A DNA stretch of 64,000 bases. Origin: an uncultured Eubacteriales bacterium. GTDB lineage: Bacteria; Acidobacteriota; Aminicenantia; Aminicenantales; Saccharicenantaceae. The translations under genes and the position numbers were made by a program. Of this stretch, positions 8,267 through 17,859 are shown one piece after another (within the stretch, counting starts at the first letter, position 1; every line of letters starts with the position of its first letter). Where the stretch lies: NCBI GenBank assembly GCA_964423315.1, contig CAYREO010000005.1, positions 31,834 to 95,833 of the forward strand. Direction: 5' to 3'. Under the pieces are notes generated by a model. It made no database searches and had not been told where the DNA came from. It saw nothing but the letters and a program-made list of their open reading frames with translations.

Positions 8267-10711
8267 ATGCAGGATCCCAGCGAACATCCGGAGGTCCTCA
8301 GGAACATCCCTCTCATCCCCCTGAGGGACCTCGTGGTCTTCCCGGCCACCCTGGTGCCCTTCATCGTCGGGCGGTCCTCTTCCATTCAGGCCCTGGAGAA
8401 GGCCGCCGAAAAGGACAAGATGATCTTCTTGGCCGCCCAGATGGACGCTTCGATCGACAACCCGGCCCCCAAGGACATCTATTCGGTCGGGGTCACGGCC
8501 AAGATCATCCGGACCATCCGGAGCGACGAACGGAACATGAAGGTCATCGTCGAGGGCAAGAGCCGGGCCCGGATCGTCGAATACCTCAGCACGACCCCGT
8601 TCTACCAGATCCTGGCCAAGGTCGTCCGGGAGGTCGACGACCGGGTGCCGGAATCCCGCGAGCTCCTGAAGAGGGTCCTGTCCCTTTTCGAGGACTATCT
8701 CAAGCTCAATCAGAACGCCAACCTCGACTCCATCATCCCGGCCCTGCGCGAGAACACGCCGGACCGGATCACGGACATCATCGCCTCCCACGTCTTCATG
8801 CCCCTCGAAGAGAAACAGAACCTCCTCGAGACCGTCAACAGCTTCGAGAGACTGAGGCGCCTCAATTACGTCCTGGAGAACGAGATCCTCAAGATCCACT
8901 CCGCCTATCAGAAGGACCCCCAGCGGGCCGCAAAGCGCCGGGCGGCCATGAAGGACCCCTCCGCCGTCGGGCAGAAGGGTTATCCGCCCCGTCCCCCGGG
9001 CTACCGGAAAGAGGACCAGCCCAACGAGATCGAGGAGCTTCGCCAGAAAGTCGCCAAGGCCAAGATGCCCCCCGACGCCGAGGAGAAGGCTTACAAAGAG
9101 ATCGAGAGGCTGGAGGCCATGCCCCCGATGTCCGCCGAGGCCACGGTCAGCCGGAATTATCTCGATTGGCTCCTGTCGCTGCCCTGGATCAAGAAGTCCC
9201 GGGAAAAGCGCGATCTCAAGGAGGCCGAGGCCATCCTCAACCAGGACCATTACGGCCTGGAGAAGGTCAAGGAGCGGATCCTGGAGTATCTCTCCATCCG
9301 CCAGCTCGTCAAGAACCCCAAGGGGGTCATCCTGGGATTCATCGGCCCCCCGGGCGTCGGCAAGAGCTCGCTCGGCAAGTCCATCGCCCGGGCCACCGGA
9401 CGGAAGTTCGTCCGGCTCTCCCTGGGCGGCGTCCGCGATGAGGCCGAGATCCGCGGCCACCGGCGGACCTATATCGGGGCCTACCCGGGCCGCATCATCC
9501 AGATGATCAAGCGCGGCGGGACGCGCAATCCCGTCTTCCTCCTGGACGAGGTCGACAAGATGAGCATGGACTTCCGGGGCGACCCGGCCTCGGCTCTCAT
9601 GGAGGTCCTCGACCCCGAGCAGAACAACACGTTCCTCGACCACTACATCGACACGGACTTCGACCTCTCTCAGGTCATGTTCATCGTCACGGCCAACATG
9701 GTCGAGCCCATCCCCAAACCGCTCATCGACCGCATGGAGATCATCCGCATCCCCGGCTACACCGAGGATGAGAAGCTCGAGATCGCCAAGCGGTTCCTGC
9801 TTCCCAAGCAGATGACGGCCCACGGCCTGACCGGAGAGAACATCCAATTCTCGGACCGGGCCCTTCTCAAGCTCATCCGGTGCTACACGCGGGAGGCCGG
9901 GGTCCGGAACCTGGAGCGCGAGATCACCACGGTCTGCCGGAAGATCGTCAAGAAGGTCGTCCAGAAGGGGAAGGACACCAGCGAACGGATCACTCCGAAG
10001 AACCTCGAGACATACCTGGGGATTCCCAAGTTCCGCCGCTCGGAGTTCGATAAGCGCGACGAGGTCGGGGTCAGCACCGGCATGGCCTGGACGGAATTCG
10101 GCGGCGAGCTGCTGCGGTTCGAGGCCACCAAGATCCATGGCAAGGGCAATTTCATGCTGACCGGCCAGCTCGGCGAGATCATGCAGTAGTCGGCCCAGCC
10201 GGCCTTCAGCTTCGTCCGCGGCAAGAACAACTAGCTCGACATCGCCCGGGACCTCCACCGGAACTCGGACATCCACATCCACGTTCCCGAGGGCTCGACG
10301 CCCAAGGAGGGGCCGTCGGCGGGCATCACCATCGCCACGGCCATCATCTCGCTCCTGACCGACATCCCGGTCAGCAAGAAGGTCGCCATGAGCGGGGAGA
10401 TCACCCTCAAGGGCAAGGTCCTGCCGGTCGGCGGCATCAAGGAAAAGCTCCTGGCGGCCTACCGGGAAGGTATCCGGGAAGCCATCCTGCCCCTCGACAA
10501 CCGGCCCGACCTCAAGGACCTGCCCAAGGTCATCAAGCAGAACATGACCATCCATCTCGTCGAGGCCATGGACGATGTCCTGAGGATCGCCCTGACCAAG
10601 GAGCTCCCCAAGAAGTCCGCGGACAGCCGCGACAAGAAGCCGGTCGAGCCGGAAAAAGCCCTCCCGGTAGGGGAGGGGGACGCGCCCAAGGAGCCCCCGC
10701 TGACCAACTGA
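8267..10711 (+). pseudogene. lon: ATP-dependent Lon protease (LonA), full length but interrupted by two in-frame TAG codons (10187-10189 and 10232-10234)
   Basis: ORF 8267..10189 carries the Lon N-domain and AAA+ module (GPPGVGKSS Walker A). The same frame reopens after the second TAG and runs to a TGA at 10709-10711, encoding the proteolytic domain ([21 protein letters not shown] catalytic Ser; [22 protein letters not shown]). Each TAG sits where E. coli and B. subtilis Lon have a conserved Glu (GEVMQ-E-S; SKTE-E-LG). Confidence 0.7.
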
Positions 10712-10772
10712 TCGCTTACCGACCGAGAGACGGATCATCATTCCGATAGACTCCCCGCAAGGTGGAACAACC

Positions 10773-12089
10773 ATGACGGCGAAGAGAAACGACAACAGCG
10801 AGGTCAAGATGAAAGAACTCAACCTGGTCGACCTGGAAGAAAAGGATATCCCGACCCTCCAGAAGGTCGCGGCCGGCTTCGGCTTGGACGAGGCGGAGAC
10901 CGAGGGGGCCAGCAAGCATCACATCATCTTCAAGATCCTCGAGGCCCAGGCCAAGAAGCAGGGGCTGCTTTTCTCCGAGGGTGTCCTCGAGTGCCTCGAG
11001 GACGGGTTCGGCTTCCTGCGGGCCCCGGAGTTCAGCTACCTGCCCAGCCAGGACGACATCTATGTCTCCCCCTCGCAGATCCGCAAATTCCAGCTCCGGA
11101 CGGGCGACACCATCTCGGGCGTCGTCCGGGCCCCCAAGAACGGCGAGAAATACTTCGCCCTGATCAAGATCGAGGCCGTCAACTTCCTCCACCCCGATGT
11201 CATCATCGAGCAGCGGCGCAACGTCCACTTCGAGAGCCTGACCCCTCTCTATCCGTTCGAGATGATCAAGCTCCAGGACGGCAACCCCAAGAACATGAAC
11301 GCCCGGGTCATGGAGCTGCTGACGCCGATCGGCAAGGGCCAGCGCGGCCTGATCGTCTCGCCGCCCCGGGCCGGCAAGACGACCATCCTCAAAACGATCG
11401 CCAAGTCCATCGAGAAGAACCACCCCGAGATCTTCCTCATCGTCCTGCTCATCGCCGAGCGGCCCGAGGAGGTCACGGACTTCAAGCGCTCGGTCAACGG
11501 CGAGGTCGTGGCCTCGACCTTCGACGAGCCGCCGACCCGCAACGCCCAGGTCGCCAACATCGTCCTCGAGAAGGCCAAGAGGCTGGTCGAGATCAAGCGG
11601 GACGTCGTCATCCTCCTCGACTCCATCACCCGGCTGGCCCGGGCCCACAACTCCATCGTCCCACCCTCGGGCAAGGTCCTGTCGGGCGGCATCGACGCCA
11701 ACGCCCTTCAGAAACCCAAGAAGTTCTTCGGCTCGGCCCGCAACATCGAAGAGGGCGGCTCGTTGACCATCCTGGCCACGGCCCTGGTCGACACCGGGAG
11801 CCGCATGGACGAGGTCATCTTCGAGGAGTTCAAGGGCACCGGCAACATGGAGATCAACCTCGACCGGCGCCTGGTCGACAAGCGGACCTTCCCGGCCATC
11901 GACATCAGCCGCTCGGGGACCCGCAAGGAGGAGCTGCTCATCGAGGAGCAGGAGCTCAACCGCATCTGGATCCTGCGCAAGGTCCTCAGCCAGATGAACG
12001 AGGTCGAAGCCGTCGAGCTGCTCATCGACAAGCTCAGCAAGACCAAGACCAACCAGGACTTCATGGCCGCCATGAGCAAGGGCCTCTGA
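10773..12089 (+). CDS. rho: Transcription termination factor Rho
   Basis: N-terminal domain, cold-shock-like RNA-binding domain (GFGFLR) and RecA-like ATPase ([20 protein letters not shown] Walker A). TGA stop. Confidence 0.9.
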   Translation: MTAKRNDNSEVKMKELNLVDLEEKDIPTLQKVAAGFGLDEAETEGASKHHIIFKILEAQAKKQGLLFSEGVLECLEDGFGFLRAPEFSYLPSQDDIYVSPSQIRKFQLRTGDTISGVVRAPKNGEKYFALIKIEAVNFLHPDVIIEQRRNVHFESLTPLYPFEMIKLQDGNPKNMNARVMELLTPIGKGQRGLIVSPPRAGKTTILKTIAKSIEKNHPEIFLIVLLIAERPEEVTDFKRSVNGEVVASTFDEPPTRNAQVANIVLEKAKRLVEIKRDVVILLDSITRLARAHNSIVPPSGKVLSGGIDANALQKPKKFFGSARNIEEGGSLTILATALVDTGSRMDEVIFEEFKGTGNMEINLDRRLVDKRTFPAIDISRSGTRKEELLIEEQELNRIWILRKVLSQMNEVEAVELLIDKLSKTKTNQDFMAAMSKGL

Positions 12090-12228
12090 GCGGGGCCGGG
12101 ACAGGCGCTGAGCGTCCCGATCTTCGGCGACCGGAACAGCTTCCATCCGCTCTTTCTCGCTTCGGTCTGAAATTTTACCACCCGGTTCATCCGCCCGCCG
12201 GACGTCTGGCCGGTCCTATTTTGCGAGA

Positions 12229-12257
12229 TTGACATCCCCTGGGGGCCGCACTAGACT
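12229..12257 (+). promoter_or_regulatory. Candidate sigma70-type promoter upstream of the BNR-repeat gene
   Basis: TTGACA (12229-12234), 17-nt spacer, TAGACT (12252-12257), about 100 nt before ATG 12361. Confidence 0.35.
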
Positions 12258-12360
12258 CTTCGTCGTCATGGGAAGATGCGACCCTGAGCGAGATGCGGGC
12301 CGGTCCCGGACCTCAGGGGGCAAGCAGCTTCTTATCTCAAAGAGAAGGGGAGCGGTCCTG

Positions 12361-15042
12361 ATGACGAAGATGTCGATAACGATCGAGGCGGGCGTTCTTG
12401 CGGTCCTGGTTTTCGGGGTTTTATCGGCCGCCGGTCCGCCGACCAGTCTTTCCGTCGCGCCCGCAATGCCGTCGGATCAGCAGCGAAGTCCGCTTCTCGA
12501 CTCCTGGCCGCGGCATGTCGACCATCGTGAAAGAACCGGATTCCGCCTGGATTGGATCTCCGTCGGCCCGGTCATGAACAGCGCCCGGGCCGCCTCGGTG
12601 AAGGGCGATCCGGACAGCCCAGGGACCCTTTATGTAGCCTTCGGTCCTGGGAACCTCTGGAAGACGACCGACAACGGACTGACCTGGAGGCCGATCTTCG
12701 AGAACCAGTCCACCTTGGGCATCGGGGATTTCGCCCTGGCCCCGTCGCGACCCGACACGATCTGGCTGGGATCGGGCGTCAACCTCAAGAAGCCGCGCAA
12801 CTTCACCATGCCGGGGACGGGCGTCTTCCGATCCGACGATGGCGGGTCGACCTGGCGGAACATGGGTCTTCACGACTCCTATCACATCGGGAAGGTCGCC
12901 GTTCACCCGAAAAATCCCGACATCGTGTTCGTGGCCGTCCACGGGCATTACTGGACGACCAACCGCAACCGCGGCCTCTATCGGACCCTGGACGGCGGCC
13001 GGACCTGGGAGCATGTCCTGTTCGTCGACGAAAGGACCGGGGCCAATGAGGTCGCCATGGCTCCCTCCGATCCCGACATCCTCTACGCGACGACCTGGGA
13101 GATCCATCCCGGCGTTTCGGGCCCCGCGAGCGGCGTCTACAAAAGCGAGGACGGCGGAGCAAGCTGGCGGCGGCTCGGGGGAGGGCTTCCGGACGGCCCG
13201 AAGACGGGGCGGATCGGCGTCGATGTCTCCTGGACCGATCCCGACAAGGCCTATGTCCTTGTCGACAATCTCAATATCAGCGACACCCGGGGCGCCGAGG
13301 TCTACAAGACGACCGACGGCGGGCGGACCTGGGCCCGGACGCACCGGGACGACCTCCTCATCTTTCCCGGGATCGGGTGGTACTTCACGGATATCTATGT
13401 GAATCCCAAGGACGACGAGGAGATCTTCGCCCTCGGCGTCCGAGTCGCCCGTAGCAGGGACGGCGGCCGGACGTTCGGGCTCATGGGCGGGAACGTCTTC
13501 CATCTCTTCCCGAACATCGCCGAGACCCTCCACCTCGACCACTGCGAGATGTGGATAAATCCGCGAGATCCCGACCATCTGGCTCTGGCCAACGACGGCG
13601 GGCTTTATGTCAGCCATGACAAGGGCGGGAGCTGGCTCCATCACAACAACCTTCCGGTCGGGGAGTTCTACACCGTTTCCGTGGACAACCAGGACCCGTA
13701 CATGATCTACGGGGGGACGCAGGACGATTCCTCTGTTTACGGCCCGGCCCGGGAATGGGACCCCCGGTTCCCGGACGGGTGGCGCTACGTCTGGCTCGAC
13801 GCCTGGTCCGGAGGCGACGGTTGCGTGACTTTCGCCGATCCCGGCGATCCGAATACGGTCTACTTTTCGTCGCAGCACGGCGGCTTACGCCGCAAGGACA
13901 TGCGGTCGGGGCGTTCGGTGCCCATCCGGCCGCGCCTGCCCAAGGGGCATCCGGGGCGCCTGGAATACAGTTTCATCACGCCCTATTTCCTGTCGCCGCA
14001 CAACCGGCTGACGCTCTATCACGCCGGCAACTTCCTCTTCAAGAGCCTCGACCGCGGCGATACCTGGCGTCTGATCAGTCCCGACCTCTCCCGGTCCTCC
14101 GATCGGGAGCGGACGTCCGTGGCCGCGGGTGCCGCCGCCGAATCGCCGCTCGACCCGGGGCTTCTCTTCGTCGGCATGGACCGCGGCGCCTTTTGGATCA
14201 GTCCGGACGACGGCCGGAGCTGGATCGAGAGATCGAACGGGCTTCCGAACCGCTATATCCGGAGCATTCGTCCCTCGCGCTTCGTCCGGGAGCGCGTCTA
14301 TGTCGCCGTCCCCGGCATCAACGACGATGATCTCGGCTGCCACCTGTTCGTCACCGAGGACCTCGGGGAGACATGGATACCGATCCGCGGCGATCTTCCC
14401 GATGAAACGGCTTACGTCGTCCTGGAGGACCCGAAGAACGAGAACATCCTGTACGCCGGCCTGCTCCGCGGGGTTTATATCTCGACCGATCGAGGCCGGA
14501 GCTGGTCGCTTCTCGGACCGAACATGCCCGCGGCCGCGGTCTCTGACCTGGCCATCCAGGAGAGGGAACAGGATCTCGTCGCCTCGACCTACGGGCGGGG
14601 GATCTATGTCATGAACATCCGGCCCATCCGCGAGGCTTTCGCAGGCGGGGGACCACCCGTCGCCGCCCGACTCTTCGACCCGCCGCCGGCCCGGCTGCCC
14701 TGGATCAATGACACCCATCGGGACCCGCGGCTGAGCACGGTCGAAAAGGTCCCGATCACCTTCTATTTGCTCCGCGATGCCGATGTGACCCTCCGCGTTC
14801 TGGATGCCGCCGGCAAAACGATATGGGCGAAGGACATCGCGGGCAAGAAGGGGTTCAATCAAATCCTCTGGGACCTTGTCGTCCGGACCGCGGACAGCCC
14901 GGAGGCCTATTTCACCCGTTACCGGGAATTCGCCCCGGCCGGAGAACACACGATCAGGATATCGGGCAAGGGGATCGATCTCGGCGCCCGTTTGATCATC
15001 CGGGAGCGAGAAACGCCCCCCGATCCCGTCATCATCGAGTAG
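12361..15042 (+). CDS. BNR/Asp-box repeat protein (sialidase/sortilin-VPS10-like beta-propeller), secreted
   Basis: Start at ATG 12361 (MTKMSITIEAGVLAVLVF signal). At least 7 Asp-box motifs (SxDxGxTW: DNGLTW, DDGGSTW, DGGRTW, DGGASW, DGGRTW, DGGRTF, KGGSW, RGRSW). TAG stop. Confidence 0.7.
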   Translation: MTKMSITIEAGVLAVLVFGVLSAAGPPTSLSVAPAMPSDQQRSPLLDSWPRHVDHRERTGFRLDWISVGPVMNSARAASVKGDPDSPGTLYVAFGPGNLWKTTDNGLTWRPIFENQSTLGIGDFALAPSRPDTIWLGSGVNLKKPRNFTMPGTGVFRSDDGGSTWRNMGLHDSYHIGKVAVHPKNPDIVFVAVHGHYWTTNRNRGLYRTLDGGRTWEHVLFVDERTGANEVAMAPSDPDILYATTWEIHPGVSGPASGVYKSEDGGASWRRLGGGLPDGPKTGRIGVDVSWTDPDKAYVLVDNLNISDTRGAEVYKTTDGGRTWARTHRDDLLIFPGIGWYFTDIYVNPKDDEEIFALGVRVARSRDGGRTFGLMGGNVFHLFPNIAETLHLDHCEMWINPRDPDHLALANDGGLYVSHDKGGSWLHHNNLPVGEFYTVSVDNQDPYMIYGGTQDDSSVYGPAREWDPRFPDGWRYVWLDAWSGGDGCVTFADPGDPNTVYFSSQHGGLRRKDMRSGRSVPIRPRLPKGHPGRLEYSFITPYFLSPHNRLTLYHAGNFLFKSLDRGDTWRLISPDLSRSSDRERTSVAAGAAAESPLDPGLLFVGMDRGAFWISPDDGRSWIERSNGLPNRYIRSIRPSRFVRERVYVAVPGINDDDLGCHLFVTEDLGETWIPIRGDLPDETAYVVLEDPKNENILYAGLLRGVYISTDRGRSWSLLGPNMPAAAVSDLAIQEREQDLVASTYGRGIYVMNIRPIREAFAGGGPPVAARLFDPPPARLPWINDTHRDPRLSTVEKVPITFYLLRDADVTLRVLDAAGKTIWAKDIAGKKGFNQILWDLVVRTADSPEAYFTRYREFAPAGEHTIRISGKGIDLGARLIIRERETPPDPVIIE

Positions 15043-15373
15043 CCTTCGGAGGTCTCTCGAACCGTCCGGGGACCCGTAAGAAATTGCTGCCCATTGCCTA
15101 TCAAGGCCGTAATGAAGAGAATAATGAGTCTAGCGCCGACGGCGAATAGCCCAGCTGAGGAGAAGGCGCGAGATCGCTCGAGACGCCCGGAACTTAGGAA
15201 AATATCACGTATTTTATTTAATATCAATTATTTACAATAAATGTGCAAGAACAGACGAAGGACAGGCTGCCAGGTGGGGGATCGACTTCCGAACAGGTCT
15301 GAGATACAACATCGATAGGGAACAGGCTATCGGTAAACAAAGCAGGCCTCTCAACAAAATGGAACGGATCACG

Positions 15374-15389
15374 AGTCGGCATGCCGACA
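15374..15389. repeat. 16-bp inverted repeat AGTCGGCATGCCGACA, copy 1; candidate non-canonical parS-like centromere site
   Basis: GTCGGCATGCCGAC is a perfect 14-bp palindrome. A near-identical copy lies on the other side of parAB. Same 16-bp TGT...ACA architecture as canonical parS. Confidence 0.4.
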
Positions 15390-15623
15390 ATCGATGAGGC
15401 GGAGCTGTCGTATTAATGTATAAACGCATCATCATGACAGGGACAGGCTCATGAGGCCGATCATAGCGGCCATTACAACGGTCCGGGAGCGGCAAAAATG
15501 GTCATTAATGTGCCGGGTCATGGATCGTTAGAACCAAGCGATTTCAGATAGATTATAAATTTAACAGGCAAAAACGGAAGCCGGTCATAACTGGATGCGG
15601 CGAGCGGTGATGTTGGAACCGGA

Positions 15624-15677
15624 GATATCCACAGTTGCCCATAAGTTGGGCGTCAGGGATATCCACAGATTGTGGAA
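15624..15677. promoter_or_regulatory. Cluster of three DnaA-box-like 9-mers
   Basis: ATATCCACA twice in direct orientation (15625-15633, 15660-15668) and TTCCACA inverted (15671-15677). Each is one mismatch from the TTATCCACA consensus. They sit in an AT-rich region, with a very AT-rich 50-bp tract at about 15200-15250. Confidence 0.3.
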
Positions 15678-15875
15678 TTCTATATCTCATTGAAGCTGAA
15701 CGAATAAGAGCCGCCCTGAAGATTGAGTCGCATAAGAAATATTATGTCAACTAATTAGGCCGGGCTTCAGATACGCTCTGCTTCATATTCCCTTTTGTTC
15801 TCGGGATCCAGTCGAAGGGCGAATTGCGCTTCTTCTGATCATGTTTTGGAGGCCGGGCCGGCTTTGATTTTCTTC

Positions 15876-16739
15876 TTATGCCTGCGCTTTCGGCCCGGCG
15901 GCTTCCTTCTGGCGCTTGATGCGCTCTATGATATCCTGAAGGATCTCGATGATCTCCTGCTTGGTGATCATCTGCTTTTTGAATTCGAGCCTCATCCGAT
16001 ATTTATCCGTGTCGTCAGGGACGAAATTATAAACATAATACTTCAGTTTCTTCGTCTTTCCCTTGAGGTATTTCGCCAGGTCCCGAGTGTCCTCCCGGGT
16101 CAGGCGCCGCTCGGCGATCTCCTTGGTCAGCTGGAGCATATCATCTTCCGTTTTTTGTTTAGCGATCTCGATGATCGTCGTCCTGCTGAAGACGCCTGAG
16201 GACTTCATGATATCCCGGACATGCTGTGGGATCCGGGCGATGGACAGGATCTCGGTGATCGTCGAACGGGCCTTGCCGATCTTCTCGGAGACCTGCTGAT
16301 GGTTGTACCCGTACATGTCGATCATCGCTTGAAGGCCGTCGGCCTCTTCAAAGATATCCAGGTCTTTCCTCTGCAGGTTCTCGATGAGCGCGATCTCCAT
16401 GGCCTCGCTGTCCTCGACCTCCATTTCGATGCAGGGGATCTCTTTGAGGCCGATGTTCTTGGAAGCGATGAACCGACGCTCTCCGGCGATGATCTCGAAC
16501 CGGGCTCCTTTGGAACGCACGAGAATGGGCTCGAGGATGCCCTTGCTGCGGATGGAATCCATCAGCTCTTCGATGTTGCCGAGCTCGCAGCGCGCCTGAT
16601 GCGGGTTGGGATCGATCCGTTCGAGAGGGACCATCCGGATGCGCGGCCCCAAGGACCTTGACGAGATGAGATCGACGAAATGGCCATCGTGTCTCATGGC
16701 GACGGATTCCGGAAGCCCGGATCTTTTTGTTTTAGGCAC
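15876..16739 (-). CDS. parB: ParB/Spo0J partition protein
   Basis: ParB N-terminal box (ILEPILVR...EIIAGERRFIAS) and HTH (QQVSEKIGKARSTITEIL). Overlaps the parA stop by 8 nt. TAA stop. Low GC. Confidence 0.9.
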   Translation of the reverse strand: MPKTKRSGLPESVAMRHDGHFVDLISSRSLGPRIRMVPLERIDPNPHQARCELGNIEELMDSIRSKGILEPILVRSKGARFEIIAGERRFIASKNIGLKEIPCIEMEVEDSEAMEIALIENLQRKDLDIFEEADGLQAMIDMYGYNHQQVSEKIGKARSTITEILSIARIPQHVRDIMKSSGVFSRTTIIEIAKQKTEDDMLQLTKEIAERRLTREDTRDLAKYLKGKTKKLKYYVYNFVPDDTDKYRMRLEFKKQMITKQEIIEILQDIIERIKRQKEAAGPKAQA

Positions 16740-17496
16740 GGTGAATGATCTCCTCGGCGACTTTCCGGTACTGCTCGGCCCCTATGGAGCCGGGCGCATA
16801 GGTGAAGATCGACTCCTTATAGGCCGGGCTTTCTTCGAGCTTGACGCTCTTCGAGATATAGGTCTTGAACAGCTTGTCCCCGAATACTTTGCGGATCCTG
16901 GCAACGACGTCCCTAGCCAAATTCGTCCTCTTGTCGTAGAGCGTGATGAGAACCCCCAGGACTTTGAGATTGGGATTGGCGATCCTTCGAACTTTTTCGA
17001 TCGTTTCCAGGAGGTCATCGGTGCCTTCAAGGCACAGGTAAGATGACTGGATCGGGATCAAAATGTAATTGGCGGCGACCAAAGCATTGAGAGTGATAAG
17101 TCCCAATGTCGGCGGCGTGTCGATGAAGATATATTGGTATTTATGCTTGATGGGCTCGAGAGCGTCCTTGAGCCTGAAGTGACCGTCGAATTCGCCGATC
17201 AAGGAAGGCTCGAGCTTGGCCATCGAGATCTTCGTGATAGCCATGTCGAGCCCCGGAATGTTGGACCGGACGATAACGTCCTCGAGCTTATCGCCTTTCT
17301 TCATTAGAACGTCATAGAGGGATTTCTCGTATTTTTCGGGGCTGGCCACGGTAGAAATGGTGCTGTGGGCCTGAGGGTCGGTATCGACAAGCAAGACCTT
17401 CTTTCCCATCAACGCCATCGCCGCGGAAACATTGATCGATGTCGTCGTCTTCCCGACCCCACCCTTCTGGTTGGTGATGGCAATGATCACATCCAA
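16732..17496 (-). CDS. parA: ParA/Soj partition ATPase
   Basis: Deviant Walker A KGGVGKTT and ParA-type motifs (VLLVDTDPQ). 254 aa. TAA stop. Low GC. Confidence 0.9.
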   Translation of the reverse strand: MDVIIAITNQKGGVGKTTTSINVSAAMALMGKKVLLVDTDPQAHSTISTVASPEKYEKSLYDVLMKKGDKLEDVIVRSNIPGLDMAITKISMAKLEPSLIGEFDGHFRLKDALEPIKHKYQYIFIDTPPTLGLITLNALVAANYILIPIQSSYLCLEGTDDLLETIEKVRRIANPNLKVLGVLITLYDKRTNLARDVVARIRKVFGDKLFKTYISKSVKLEESPAYKESIFTYAPGSIGAEQYRKVAEEIIHRA

Positions 17497-17592
17497 CTCC
17501 CGTCCAAGGCGATATCTATTGTGCCGCAGAGGTTACTTTATAACCAAGGACACAATAAAAATCAAGGAAAATCAACATCCATGAAATTAAAA

Positions 17593-17608
17593 TGTCGGCG
17601 TGCCGACA
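17593..17608. repeat. 16-bp inverted repeat TGTCGGCGTGCCGACA, copy 2; candidate parS-like site upstream of parA
   Basis: 15 of 16 positions match the copy at 15374-15389 (arms TGTCGGC/GCCGACA). It lies about 100 nt upstream of the parA start, embedded in an AT-rich tract. Confidence 0.4.
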
Positions 17609-17859
17609 ATTTTCTTAAATACCACTTAATAAATAAGATAATGTCACAATAAAAGCGCAGCAGCATATTTTCATGAACAGCGTAAGCTGAGTGTCTGAAT
17701 AATAGCGCTTCTATCGGCAACGTAAATAATTGATAATAAACAAAATACAGATATTCTATAACGCATTGAAAACAAATGAATTACGGCCTCATTAAATCTC
17801 CTGAAAAATGAGAATATTGTAGCGAGTGACGCGGGAGGAAATTTTTCATAGAATGATGT

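Larger units (their letters stand above)
15043..17859. other. Low-GC (~45-53%) island between two native ~65-68% GC genes; it contains only parA-parB plus AT-rich non-coding flanks
   Basis: The composition shift is abrupt at the BNR gene stop and at the permease start. Both island genes end in TAA, whereas native genes use TGA/TAG. The flanking non-coding tracts (15043-15875 and 17497-17859) are AT-rich. Confidence 0.55.

Noticed and set aside
10187-10234. Genome-wide UAG reassignment (pyrrolysine or another sense meaning) as the explanation for the two TAGs in lon
   Set aside because: TAG terminates at least four well-defined neighbouring genes (3417, 3947, 15040 and 19312). The MttB homologue lacks the Pyl amber codon. 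No pylT/pylS-like genes or CUA-anticodon tRNA are in the window. Kept only as a low-probability alternative in the lon finding.
15232-15495. Small ORFs inside the AT-rich island flanks (15232..15495-, 17365..17652+, 17671..18111-, 17781..18116-)
   Set aside because: No RBS or domain signal, and they are embedded in presumed regulatory or origin-like non-coding DNA. They are probably chance ORFs.
15043-17859. Integrase, transposase or attachment-site direct repeats at the island boundaries
   Set aside because: No recombinase ORF and no convincing terminal direct repeats were found by eye. The boundaries coincide exactly with the native genes' stop and start, so the mobility mechanism remains unsupported.
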